IMG/VR virus record: IMGVR_UViG_3300028048_000043
Source of the DNA: a virus
Taxonomy: Duplodnaviria > Heunggongvirae > Uroviricota > Caudoviricetes
DNA: 49,554 nucleotides
Strand: one strand, 5' to 3'
Shown: piece by piece, positions 9,924 through 19,420 of the stretch
How positions within the stretch are numbered: the stretch's first letter is position 1
Layout of the letters: each line of letters opens with the position of its first letter
Translations under genes and position numbers: made by a program
Notes under the pieces: generated by a model
Database searches by the model: none
The model's input: the letters and a program-made list of their open reading frames with translations, nothing else
Told to the model about the DNA's origin: nothing

Positions 9924-10115
9924 AATTGTTTCAATTTTAGTTTTAAGGTTTAAAGATTAAATGAATAATAGTTAAATGATAAAAGTAAAACTAAAACAGT
10001 TAAGGCGGCACGACTACCTCAGCAACAACTGTGGAGGTCTTTGAGAAAACCTAGTGAAAAATAGCTTTCATTTTACGAATTGTTGTTTTTGTTTTAATAA
10101 ATCTCCGAAGAGATT

Positions 10116-10187
10116 TGGACCTCATAACGGACTCGAACCGCTGACCTCCTCCCCATGGCGACGCTCTACCGCTGAGCTAATGAAATC
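10116..10187 (-). ncRNA. free-standing tRNA-like element with truncated anticodon arm and encoded CCA
   Basis: 8-bp stem GATTTCAT/ATGAGGTC then CA; normal D and T arms; anticodon arm reduced to TCGCCATGGGGA. Confidence 0.75.
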
Positions 10188-10337
10188 TTGGCGGGCATTC
10201 CCCGTGAAGTAGTTCTATACTCGGTGAACCATTCCCAGCCCGTCAGTTGGATATGGACTTATCCTCTGCTATTACTACCAAACAGACTAATCCCCAAACC
10301 TTATTTCTCCGATGGGGAACGGATACGCTGTGCACGC

Positions 10338-10412
<75 letters not shown>

Positions 10413-10589
10413 TAGGTACAGTCCTTTATCGGTATGGACTGTAAGTACCGTCCGGCTTTTACGGAGCCTGCTCTGTGCATAATGCAAGCACTAAACTCCA
10501 TCTCTACGTAAGGTCTCGGCAGGTATTACGTTCACCATTCCGTGTCCTGGCGTCCCAGGTGTCCTCGACCGAAATGAAGCACATGTTTG

Positions 10590-10760
10590 AGCGGGATAGG
10601 AGAATCGAACTCCCATATTCAGCTTGGGACTACTAAGTGGATTTGAACCACTGACCTCCGGTGTTTACCGGCACTCTCACTTCTGAGCTATAGTAGCCTG
10701 ATTCGTTTCGGAGAATCGTTCCGTATGAAGGCTGACATTCTACCGTTGAACTAATCCCGC
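10590..10760 (-). tRNA. tRNA-Gly(TCC) split by a 100-nt insert (10627-10726) containing a nested tRNA-like module
   Basis: Exons join to TCAGC-CT-TCC-AA-GCTGA; inner module GGCTACTA..TAGTAGTC with D arm, CCGGT-AAAC-ACCGG arm and T arm. Confidence 0.88.
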
Positions 10761-10787
10761 TTTTTTAAATCATTTATATTCTTAATG

Positions 10788-10955
10788 TGGGAGGTACTGG
10801 ATTCGAACCAGTGACCCTCTGCTTGTGCCCGTAGATTACGCTTCGAACGTAAACCAAACGAACATCGTTTTGTTTTCTCCCGTTCTACAGATAATCCGTC
10901 ACAGTGGATCATTCTGTATAAGGCAGACGCTCTGAACCGACTGAGCTAACCTCCC
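10788..10955 (-). tRNA. tRNA-Val(TAC) split by a 93-nt insert (10827-10919) containing a nested tRNA-like module
   Basis: Exons join to TCTGC-CT-TAC-AA-GCAGA; inner stem TCTGTAGA/TCTACGGG and T arm TTACG-TTCGAAG-CGTAA. Confidence 0.88.
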
Positions 10956-11222
10956 AAAAACGCCCATTCATCTTTCGTGTCGTCACAGCGGTCTCCTGAG
11001 GTCTTTCAGGATGCTAAACCGGTACATACCCTATACGCTACTTCCGCGCCTATATTTAGAGTTAATGCGCTTACCTACGTACACACTCTCTGTACCTTTA
11101 AATGCGTGGTCTCAAACCGCTTCTCTAATTCGGCTCGATTTACAACAGATGTCGTGTGCACCGGACTCTCCGGGATAGAAGCCATCTGCTTCGCGCAATG
11201 GATAAGATGAACTACAAGACTG

Positions 11223-11330
11223 AGCCAGAATCTGGATTCGAACCAGAGCAGCGCCTAAATCGCTATCGCGGACGGCTGTCGTTCTCCGTAGTGGCGTTCT
11301 ACCAGCGTTTCACTTCGCGTCGTTCTGACT
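11223..11330 (-). ncRNA. tRNA-like element with expanded body and no recognisable anticodon
   Basis: AGTCAGAA/TTCTGGCT stem stacked on T arm TCTGG-TTCGAAT-CCAGA. Confidence 0.65.
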
Positions 11331-11333
11331 TTT

Positions 11334-11424
11334 TGGCGGAGGGTGAGGGATTCGAACCCCCGGTGCGCTCAACACGCACAACGGTTTTCAAGACCGCCGC
11401 TATCGACCACTCAGCCAACCCTCC
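11334..11424 (-). tRNA. tRNA-Ser(TGA)
   Basis: GCGGT-CT-TGA-AA-ACCGT, long variable arm, CCA encoded. Confidence 0.96.
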
Positions 11425-11432
11425 GAATTTTG

Positions 11433-11536
11433 CTGGTTGTAGAGGACTCGAACCTCTGACTCCCTGCGTAAGGCAGGGCGCTTTGCCTACTCACACAACG
11501 GAACGCTCTTCCGCCGTTGCTTATCGCTAACAACCA
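11433..11536 (-). ncRNA. tRNA-like element with D-loop hairpin insert and 5-nt anticodon loop
   Basis: TGGTTGT/ACAACCA-G; CCCTGC-CTTAC-GCAGGG; T arm AGAGG-TTCGAGT-CCTCT; directly after promoter 11546-11553. Confidence 0.7.
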
Positions 11537-11571
11537 ATCGTTTTGCAAATATACTGAATTTTTTGAAAAAT

Positions 11572-13248
11572 CTACCATCTTTTGACGGCAGCTGAAGACG
11601 CACGCCTTCCTTCTTTTTCAAAGGAATTTTTGCTTCCAACAAACGATGCCGTTTTTCTTGATGAAGGAATCCACGCTCCGAAATATTCCAAACGATCACA
11701 AGTCAACTCACCTATATAAAGATCATTTTCATTGTTTCCAATATTTTTATTCTGAAGGGCGTTTCCCTGTGTAACTTTATCGTCTATTGATCTTTCAAAC
11801 ATCTTTTCAACTTTGCAATTTACAACAGAAATTCCTTTTCTCTGCTCTATCAATTTAAGATAGATATCATCGACGTTTACATATTTTTCAATCTCTTCAA
11901 GGTTCTTATCTGATATACCAAGTATGTCAGGTGGATAAAGAATTCCACCAACTCCGGTTGGAAATAAATTCATCGACGGATAATGAATCCTACCTGTATA
12001 TTCTTTTCTCCATGTAGAATAACTTGACACTCCACCTTTTCCGTTAGATGTCATAAGGTGAACTCGTCTTGCTATAACGCAATCAGGAAATCTCAGATAA
12101 GAAAACATTAGTTCCTTCAACATATCTTTTGGATAAACCTTGTCGTCGTCCACAGTAACCACCGCATAATTCCTAAATTCTTTCATAGCGTAAAAATATT
12201 TCTTATGCGGTTTTATCTTTTCATCGGTTTTTCTTATCTCGATTGCTCCTGTTTCAGAAAGTTCCTTGAGATAATCTGTCAGATATTCTTCATCCCATGA
12301 ATCTATATACAATAGAATTTTATCTGGCAGAACGCTTTGTTCGACTATACTTTTTACAGCTTGATCTGTGGATCCGGATTTCAACCTCTCTTTATATGTT
12401 GTCATCGAAACAACAACTCTATTTTGACGCTCGATCAGTTTTTCTTTAAATTCTGGGAACGCCTCAAAAAGTTTTTTGTTTATTTCTGTATAATTGTTTA
12501 CCTTGTGGAGAGCTGTCGGCATATTTTGTGATCCTTCTATAAATCTTTCCGAAGAATCATATATCAAACTGCTCTGTCTGAATGTCCTATCTTCAATAAT
12601 ATTGAAACAGAACTGCCAGCTTTCATCTGATGTTGGAGACAACTCCATCATAAGGTCCTCGTCGAAAAATCTCTTATCTGTAAACGTTCCGGCCGGATAT
12701 AATGTTCCTCCGTCTCCATTTGCCGGTTTTGCAAAATTCAAAACAATTCCTGTCTTTCCGTTCATTGTCGTTCCACACTTTCTACAATATGATTTGAATC
12801 TTCTAAGCTCAAGATTGTCACTGAAAAACCAAGAAAAATTACCGCCAATTATATCATTCGGATATTTTTTGTGGTCATCAATAAACATCTTTAACCAACC
12901 TTTTGGTTTTATCGAATCATCGTCCATAATAAGAATAGGATTGTCTGGGTACTTTTTAAGTGTAGGAATAAGCTTTTTATGAGATTTTATGTTCCTTTCG
13001 TACCAGATAATCTCTATTTCTCCGGAAGTTATAAGCTTCCTTATTCCAGACGTCAAATCAATTTCTCTTTTTGGAAATTCTTCCGAACACAAAACGAGAA
13101 CTATGTAATATAGAGATCTTTCGACACCCTGATTGAGCAGAGACTCTATAACAGAATGTACGGTTCCTATCCTTGCCGGATAAGACGTAAACGAAACTAT
13201 GAGTGTGTTTTTCTCAATCATATATTTTACAGTTCTTTTTTCATCCAA
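11572..13248 (-). CDS. tandem two-domain glycosyltransferase (GT2-like)
   Basis: Two repeats: IVSFTSYPARI..KKLIP..ILIMDDD and VVSMTTYKERL..KKYFY..VTVDDD..PTGVGGILYPP; true start may be MIEKN. Confidence 0.82.
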   Translation of the reverse strand: MDEKRTVKYMIEKNTLIVSFTSYPARIGTVHSVIESLLNQGVERSLYYIVLVLCSEEFPKREIDLTSGIRKLITSGEIEIIWYERNIKSHKKLIPTLKKYPDNPILIMDDDSIKPKGWLKMFIDDHKKYPNDIIGGNFSWFFSDNLELRRFKSYCRKCGTTMNGKTGIVLNFAKPANGDGGTLYPAGTFTDKRFFDEDLMMELSPTSDESWQFCFNIIEDRTFRQSSLIYDSSERFIEGSQNMPTALHKVNNYTEINKKLFEAFPEFKEKLIERQNRVVVSMTTYKERLKSGSTDQAVKSIVEQSVLPDKILLYIDSWDEEYLTDYLKELSETGAIEIRKTDEKIKPHKKYFYAMKEFRNYAVVTVDDDKVYPKDMLKELMFSYLRFPDCVIARRVHLMTSNGKGGVSSYSTWRKEYTGRIHYPSMNLFPTGVGGILYPPDILGISDKNLEEIEKYVNVDDIYLKLIEQRKGISVVNCKVEKMFERSIDDKVTQGNALQNKNIGNNENDLYIGELTCDRLEYFGAWIPSSRKTASFVGSKNSFEKEGRRASSAAVKRW

Positions 13249-13571
13249 ACATAAGATATGTCTTCGGAATCAGCAACGAAATCTCTATAACCGTGTCGTT
13301 CGTACCATTCATGAACGAAAGACGTTTTCAGAACCTTTAATATTATCGTCTTGAATTCCATTTTCTTAGCAATGTCAGTCGCCATTTCAAGAATGATATT
13401 TCCCAATCCAGTTCTTCTGTATTTCTCATCTACGAATACGTTAGAAAGATATACAGTGTCCGGATCGTCGTCATATGTATAAAGGGCGAATCTGAAAGAT
13501 TTCTTTAAATCAGAAATATACCAACATTTTCCGAAGTCAGTTGCTTCTTCTCTTATATCGAAGTTATTCAT
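13227..13571 (-). CDS. GNAT acetyltransferase
   Basis: LSNVFVDEKYRRTGLG motif A, WYERHGY; start trimmed to MNNFD to avoid tRNA overlap. Confidence 0.85.
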   Translation of the reverse strand: MNNFDIREEATDFGKCWYISDLKKSFRFALYTYDDDPDTVYLSNVFVDEKYRRTGLGNIILEMATDIAKKMEFKTIILKVLKTSFVHEWYERHGYRDFVADSEDISYVWMKKEL

Positions 13572-13616
13572 TCTTATGATGATGAAGATTTGATTTCTGT
13601 ATTTATCCGCGTAAAG

Positions 13617-13689
13617 TGCTCCCTCGGGGGCTCGAACCCCGGACCCCAACATTAAGAATGTCGTGCTCTACCAACTGAGCTAAGAGAGC
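13617..13689 (-). tRNA. tRNA-Lys(CTT)
   Basis: CGACA-TT-CTT-AA-TGTTG. Confidence 0.95.
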
Positions 13690-13695
13690 AAAGTG

Positions 13696-13769
13696 TACCC
13701 TCGGAGGGACTCAAACCCCCAGTCACCACATCCGTAGTGTGGCATGTTATTCAATTACACCACGAGGGC
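13696..13769 (-). tRNA. tRNA-Arg(ACG)
   Basis: CCACA-CT-ACG-GA-TGTGG. Confidence 0.93.
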
Positions 13770-13778
13770 ATTTACTTG

Positions 13779-13964
13779 TGCGAGCGAGAAGGGGTTGAAC
13801 CTTCACTTAGACTATCCGGTCGCGACTCGGAATCGTCCGTGCGTTTATTCTAGTGTCAAACCTTCGGCAGATCGCGACTCTGTTTATTAACCTCACTATC
13901 TGACACACATATTCGACGCTTCCCCCTTTGGAGTGGGGCGACTTTACCGTTTGTCCACCCTCGC
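13779..13964 (-). ncRNA. 186-nt tRNA-like RNA: Leu-type D arm, CCA anticodon, ~110-nt variable-region insert
   Basis: GCGAGGG-TG-GAC-AAACGGTAAA-GTC-G-CCCCA-CTCCAAA-GGGGG...GAAGG-TTCAACC-CCTTC-TCGCTCGC-A. Confidence 0.72.
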
Positions 13965-13990
13965 ATTCATTTGATTATCAATTAGTTGAG

Positions 13991-14064
<74 letters not shown>

Positions 14065-14387
14065 ATGAAACGGATGTCAGACATATTCGTCACCGTCATT
14101 GGATATTACGTCTCTGACCGACGTTCAGGTGTACACCGAACACCACCTGACATTCTGGTAACAATTGAAACCTTTGTCGACTTAAAGGTCCTCGGCTCAG
14201 AACAACAATAATGCAATCACATACTAACGCGGCGCCACGTTAGCAGATTTATCAACGTCCGACCTTACTCTATAGCAACTCCCTAACAATGCTGGCACGG
14301 GATGTCATACACTATAGAGATACATTCCAGTTCGTCGTCATCCGCCTCAGAATAGGACTTGAACCTACATATAACGTCGTGATTTTG

Positions 14388-14470
14388 TGCGGCTGGGGAG
14401 ACTCGAACTCCCACCCCCTTTCGGGGACCAGTCCCTCAAACTGGCGCGTCTACCATTCCGCCACAGCCGC
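14388..14470 (-). tRNA. tRNA-Leu(GAG)
   Basis: CCAGT-TT-GAG-GG-ACTGG, long variable arm. Confidence 0.95.
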
Positions 14471-14704
14471 ATTTGCACAGATTTTGGATTCGCTTCTGTA
14501 CTGTGCTCAGGCTAGTTTGTCTACCTTTTAATCGGAACGAGCATCGGTCTTATTGACTGCTTCCACCACCACAATACGGTGCAATCCGCAATTGTTGGAT
14601 GGTTTCCGTTTTTGCCGAATCGTGCGAACCTGACCGTTCCTGCCGGGCGTTGGGTCTCGCCGCAGGAAGTCCCGCTCCTAGTGACCAACTTCACGGGACA
14701 GGGG

Positions 14705-14777
14705 TTGCGAAGGGCAGGATTCGAACCTGCGACCTCTGGCTTATGGGACCAGCGAGCTACCACTGCTCCACCCCGCA
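14705..14777 (-). tRNA. tRNA-Met(CAT), initiator-like D arm, C33
   Basis: TGCGGGGTGGAGCAG..AGCTCG; CTGGT-CC-CAT-AA-GCCAG. Confidence 0.82.
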
Positions 14778-14784
14778 ATATTTT

Positions 14785-14932
14785 GACACCAATGGGGAGA
14801 GTCGAACTCCCATTCCGCTCGTTACGTACCGAGGGCAACCTTTACGAAGAATGACCTTCCTCTTCTACTCCCGGAAATTTGATCAGTCTTTCCGGTCCGC
14901 GCTGGTATACCAGATTCCCAGTCACATGGTGT
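14785..14932 (-). ncRNA. tRNA-like RNA with three internal hairpins in place of anticodon/variable arms
   Basis: ACACCATG/CATTGGTGT stem, T arm GGGAG-TTCGACT-CTCCC, hairpins CCGGAAA/TTTCCGG, GAAGA/TCTTC, CTCG/CGAG. Confidence 0.65.
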
Positions 14933-14936
14933 TCAT

Positions 14937-15039
14937 TGGTAGCGGGTCGGGAAGTCGAATCCCGTATCTAGAGGTTATGAGCCTCTAATGATTTCTAGAC
15001 TCTTGTTTAAGAAGTCCCTATCCGTTTCACTCCCCCGCA
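14937..15039 (-). tRNA. tRNA-Met(CAT) with ~27-nt hairpin insert in the D loop
   Basis: AGAGG-CT-CAT-AA-CCTCT, 1:72 mismatch, CCA encoded, insert GACTTCTT-AAAC-AAGAGTC. Confidence 0.8.
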
Positions 15040-15050
15040 ATTTTCAGATT

Positions 15051-15138
15051 TGGCACGGGTGGTAGGATTCGAACCCACGTGAGACTTACGTCTGCTGGTT
15101 TTGGAGACCAGTGCCATCAACCGCTAGGCGACACCCGT
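15051..15138 (-). tRNA. tRNA-Trp(CCA) with long variable arm
   Basis: CTGGT-CT-CCA-AA-ACCAG, G73, CCA encoded, variable hairpin AGAC-GTAA-GTCT. Confidence 0.9.
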
Positions 15139-15320
15139 GTATAAGTTTGGGATATTTATTCTGGGCTTTTCGTCGTGTTAGACGTGTGCAGAAACCGGTA
15201 CCGCTGCCCAGCTCATTGCAAGCCTGTTCTCAAATGCAGGTCTCACTACATTATTTTGTCACTTGCCGTTTCTCCCTTCCAGCACAGATCAACGAGACTA
15301 TGTTTCTGTACTGAAATTTA

Positions 15321-15392
15321 GACATCTATGATTGATTCGAACAATTCCTCCTGCTTTCGCGGCAGGCGTGCTACCTTTACACCACAAGATGT
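15321..15392 (-). pseudogene. tRNA-like element, loop CG-CGA-AA, short variable loop, bulged acceptor
   Basis: D arm GTGT-AAAGGTA-GCAC, CCTGC/GCAGG, T loop TTCGAAT; lacks U33. Confidence 0.65.
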
Positions 15393-15525
15393 GTCCTCGC
15401 GTCTGTGATACTGACAATTTTTATTTATCAAAAAACACAAGGGTCGTTTGAGCACGACCACGTCAGCCATCATTGGTATCACATCCGACCTGGTACTGTT
15501 TTGAGCTCTCATAAGTCCAGGAATT

Positions 15526-15600
15526 TGGTAGCGGGTAGGAGAATCGAACTCCTCTTCCAAGAATGAAAATCTTGTGTACTAACCACTATACGAACCCGCC
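15526..15600 (-). tRNA. tRNA-Glu(TTC)
   Basis: CAAGA-TT-TTC-AT-TCTTG, CCA encoded. Confidence 0.94.
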
Positions 15601-15739
15601 ATGCTGCCTTTTTACTACTCCCAGGAAGGCTAACCTGTCCGTTATACGTTGCACGAATAACAACTTAAAATCGCGAAAACAACGCGAATCAGAGGTTGTT
15701 ATGATCTACGTTCCGGCGTACGTTCCGGCAATTCTTTGA

Positions 15740-16204
15740 TTACTTTGCCTGATCTTCAGCGGCATCAACTGGAACATTTGTGATGCGACGGTCAATCTCG
15801 AATGTAAGACCTGTGAGGGTTTCCTTCACATATCCCTTAATGTAAATGTCGTAATGACCGGTAAAAGCATCAACGGCGACTGCTCCGTCAACCCACTCGT
15901 TGACACGTGCGGCTGCATCAGCAACCCTTGCATCGTTTGAAGCGAGAGCCTCATCGAGAACGTATGACTGTACTCCTCTGAGGTTGACAGCTTCTGTCAC
16001 ATTTGTCCAGCCGAAATCGAAGTTGGCTGCACCGTCCACACCGAAATGCCCACCAGTAAACTCAACGGTAACGGCTGCGTCGGTGTTTCCTGTTACAGCA
16101 AGATCATACTCGATTCCGAACTTTGCATCATTGTTGCACGAAGTGCAAGATGCCGCAAACAACATTGTGATCGCAGCAAGAATAATTGTAAAAAACTTAC
16201 GCAT
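15740..16204 (-). CDS. lipoprotein
   Basis: Signal peptide with lipobox LFAASC; codon usage looks highly expressed. Confidence 0.8.
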   Translation of the reverse strand: MRKFFTIILAAITMLFAASCTSCNNDAKFGIEYDLAVTGNTDAAVTVEFTGGHFGVDGAANFDFGWTNVTEAVNLRGVQSYVLDEALASNDARVADAAARVNEWVDGAVAVDAFTGHYDIYIKGYVKETLTGLTFEIDRRITNVPVDAAEDQAK

Positions 16205-16234
16205 AAAATTTAATTTATTTTGTGAAAAAAGTTG

Positions 16235-16438
16235 CGGAGTTGGCAGGATTCAAACCTGCGATGACCATCAGATGAAACATCGAGCCAGGCGTTTTCCAAA
16301 GGCAACCACACCTGAGTCTTCTGCCATTTTCAACATCGATGTATTTTCAACTATGGTGTTGCGCTCTGAGCGCATCTTACAATTAACGAGGGCTTGATGT
16401 AATCTCCCCACGACCTTCGATCTCTCAGCCACAACTCC
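16235..16438 (-). ncRNA. 204-nt Ser-like tRNA shell around a large insert
   Basis: GGAGTTG/CAACTCC-G, Ser-type start TGGCTGAG..GAAGG, T arm GCAGG-TTTGAAT-CCTGC. Confidence 0.68.
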
Positions 16439-16549
16439 AGTATGCTTTTGCGGATTTGCATTAACCGTATTGGTAGTGAGGCTTTATCGCTTCTCACCAA
16501 GGCTGCGTCTGGCTTTACAGACGGATTCTTCACGTGAATTAAAAATTTA

Positions 16550-17290
16550 GATCCGGCATCTTCATAGCGGTGACTCGATGGGCGGCTCGTCAGCTCTCTT
16601 CCGCACCGATGCTCACTATTTATACTGTCAGTTTCTCAGTATCCTGACCAAACTGTATTGTTAGAGGTATTTTTAACGTGCTCCCTCCTTTCCCACGTAT
16701 TTGCGGCAGTGACTCCGCATCAACCGTTTACTTCACTGCTCACGGTCAACATAGCAGGGCTTTCGCGTGAGTAACAACCTCACATGGCTTTACATTACTG
16801 CAAAGACGGCACCGCTGCCGTAGCCACATCCATAAGACATTCGCTACTAAAGGTTCGTCGCGTGGACTCTAGAGATTAGGTCGTTTAACGGACTAGTTGT
16901 CGGTACGACCACCTTATCGCAACTACTCATTGTTACTCCAGATTCGCTTATTCCTTATGGACATATACAGACAACATCGGCACCGCGCTGAATTTACGTT
17001 TTAATCTTGAATGTGGTCTTAAGCAGAGGCATCTGTTCGTCCCGTTTAATGGGTAAGCTTGCCGTTTAACCACTCCGCCGCTCTCGGTTCTTATTGCCTA
17101 ACGAATTTGTCTGATGTTTTTACGGATCAGCATTAACCGTATTCACGCCGAACCAGCAAGTCTGGCCGACTACTTTTATTGTTTAACGTGGAGTAGACAC
17201 CCTGTCAGAACAGACTCGCGATAACGTCCGCTCACTCATAACTCCATTACTGAGGTGTTTTCCGTTTTAGGCAGAACACCAAACCTAATA
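16550..17290 (-). ncRNA. candidate large structured ncRNA (~740 nt, unidentified)
   Basis: No ORF of 60 aa or more, GC higher than genes, repeated CGTTAAA pseudoknot units; strand inferred from the array. Confidence 0.55.
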
Positions 17291-17576
17291 CACAACCATC
17301 ACCAGCAAAAGTTTTATTGCAGTTGAACCTTGCAAGAGCATTGTCATAGTATCCCATATGTGAACTCGATCATTCGACCTGAACACGGCGACAACCGATT
17401 TTTTACACAACCTACTATAGTTGCAACGCCTCGCGGCGATTCGTCCATAACTATGACAACACAATCCAACCACATCTGTTTTAAACTACGTACTCCAATG
17501 CGAGCCCGCCTCCGATTTTCACGGCGATCTATGATGCTGTTAAGTCATGAGGAGTTATCCTCTGCGACAAATGATT

Positions 17577-17699
17577 TTGATGGTACCGGACTTGAACCGA
17601 CAAGTTTGGAACAATCTACTGCTCTTCCACACCGTTTTTCTCCATGAGTAGAAATATTGGATAAGAACAGTCGTGTTTACCTGTTTCCACCAACCATCA
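17577..17699 (-). ncRNA. Leu-like tRNA shell with extended anticodon arm/insert
   Basis: TGATGGT/ACCATCA-A; GTG-GAAACAGGTAAA-CAC; ACTGTTCTT..36 nt..AAGAGCAGT; T arm GTCGG-TTCAAGT-CCGGT. Confidence 0.7.
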
Positions 17700-17978
17700 A
17701 ACAGATTGTGTTATTGTTATAAAAAATAAATCAAGCGTTTTCGACCTGTATATTCACATACCATTTCAGGTAAACTACCGCTTACGAGTCTGACTCTCTG
17801 CTCGTGCGCGGGGTGGTTGTCGATCCACCGTTTCTTGATTTGATTAAAGAGCATCACTCCGTTTCGAACCAGAATGAATTGTTACCTGGCGTGCTTGTCT
17901 GTCCTATACACCATTGTCCTGTAACGAGCGATGAACCCCCGTTAGCCTCACGGGTCCTCACCTCCAGGTATCTCTTAT

Positions 17979-18178
17979 TGGTAGCGACCTACGACTTCCA
18001 CGTAAATACCCCTCTATGCATGGGGCGTGATAACTCCAAACCTGTTTCTTACTCCTTATCGAGATTGTGCAATCTGTCAAAGTTTCATACTAAAGGACTC
18101 AGTCAAACCATCACAGGCGCTAGCATTTCCTGCTACATTGATTGAACTTTTTACAGGCTCATATTTCACTAAATCGCA
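17979..18178 (-). ncRNA. 200-nt tRNA-like RNA (CAT anticodon, giant D-loop insert, CCA end), copy 1
   Basis: TGCGATT/GGTCGCT-ACCA; GTGA..TCAC D stem; CCCCA-TG-CAT-AG-AGGGG; homologous to 22395-22592. Confidence 0.8.
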
Positions 18179-18210
18179 AATTTCTAACTGATTTATTATC
18201 AGTATTTTTG

Positions 18211-18287
18211 CGGTGCGTATGGGAATCGAACCCATCTGAATCTCCTGAGTGACAGTCAGGCGTCCACACCATGCAGACCCACACACC
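18211..18287 (-). tRNA. tRNA-Asp(GTC)
   Basis: CCTGA-CT-GTC-AC-TCAGG, G73. Confidence 0.92.
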
Positions 18288-19084
18288 TATTCGATTTTAA
18301 TTGTCCCGTTTTCTATTAATTTGTGATGATTAGGGCACACCCACATAAGATTGTTTTTATCATTTATTTCTGAAATTTTTGAATGTGGATCAAAATCTTT
18401 TATTGCTTTTATGTGATGAACCTCTAATATTGAATCAAGCTCATGGTTATGACAAATTTCGCAAACTTTTTCTCTTGACTCGTCTTCCAATAAAATCTTT
18501 TTTGCCATTTTTCTTATCTCTGTACATCTAGATGCCAGATATGGTAATCTTTTGTCATACCCAATGTAATACCCAAGCTCTCTATTTAACATTTTATATG
18601 ATGATCTCTCTTTACTGCAATTTTTACAAAACACAGAAGAAGCAGACTTTCTTCCACCGCACTCTGGGCAAATTTCAGACGTTGATTCTTTTTTTCGTTT
18701 TGGATACTGTCTATTATTATATTTTGCTGAACAGCTTCTACTGCAAAAGAATTCAGAGTTTTCTTTTATTTTCTTATTATATGTGTATTTGCTTATTTCA
18801 AATTCTTTCCCACACTCTTTACACAGAACCTTTACAACATCTTTTTCATGGTCTAATCTTGAACACCGCTGTGAACAATATAACGGAATAACTTTTTTGT
18901 TTTTTGACAAATATCTTTTTGATTTATAAAACGTTGCTCCACAACGCTTACATGTAAACTCAAAAACATCACCACTTTTCGCATTATTGTAATTTTCTTC
19001 AGTAAATACCATACTATAACATTTTGTTTTATTATTTATTTCGAAAAACATAAAATAAAACAAAATTTCGAAAAAAAATTGCAC
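18287..19084 (-). CDS. HNH endonuclease with zinc-ribbon repeats
   Basis: Several CxxC..CSxxC units; CEIC..LEVHHIK..INDKNNLMWVCPNHH; true start probably an internal Met. Confidence 0.88.
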   Translation of the reverse strand: MQFFFEILFYFMFFEINNKTKCYSMVFTEENYNNAKSGDVFEFTCKRCGATFYKSKRYLSKNKKVIPLYCSQRCSRLDHEKDVVKVLCKECGKEFEISKYTYNKKIKENSEFFCSRSCSAKYNNRQYPKRKKESTSEICPECGGRKSASSVFCKNCSKERSSYKMLNRELGYYIGYDKRLPYLASRCTEIRKMAKKILLEDESREKVCEICHNHELDSILEVHHIKAIKDFDPHSKISEINDKNNLMWVCPNHHKLIENGTIKIE

Positions 19085-19170
19085 CGCACAGCCATTATTG
19101 TTTAATTCTAACTTTATAAAAAAGTTATCGTTGTTCCTGACAATAAGTATTCCTTCTTAGGCTACGTTTG

Positions 19171-19277
19171 CTAAGGATGATGGATTCGAACCACCGACCC
19201 ATGCTGGATCAAAGTAGGACTAACGTTTGAAAAACGGATTCCTCACACCAGCTGCTCTTCCACTGAGCTAATCCTTA
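19171..19277 (-). tRNA. Gln(TTG)-like tRNA with 33-nt insert at the 5' side of the anticodon loop, copy 1
   Basis: TAAGGAT/ATCCTTA-G; GCTGG-[33 nt]-CT-TTG-AT-CCAGC. Confidence 0.65.
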
Positions 19278-19313
19278 ATGTGAATCAAACTCAACTTTCT
19301 TAGGCTACGTTTG

Positions 19314-19420
19314 CTAAGGATGATGGATTCGAACCACCGACCCATGCTGGATCAAAGTAGGACTAACGTTTGAAAAACGGATTCCTCACACCAGCTGCTC
19401 TTCCACTGAGCTAATCCTTA
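19314..19420 (-). tRNA. Gln(TTG)-like tRNA with 33-nt insert, copy 2
   Basis: Identical to copy 1. Confidence 0.65.

Noticed and set aside
11150-11185. RNase P RNA suggested by GGAGAGTCCGG on the minus strand
   Set aside because: No matching 3' P4 strand found.
14345-14375. Isolated T-arm fragments (also near 17855 and 20890)
   Set aside because: No convincing full acceptor or D arm; not called as genes.
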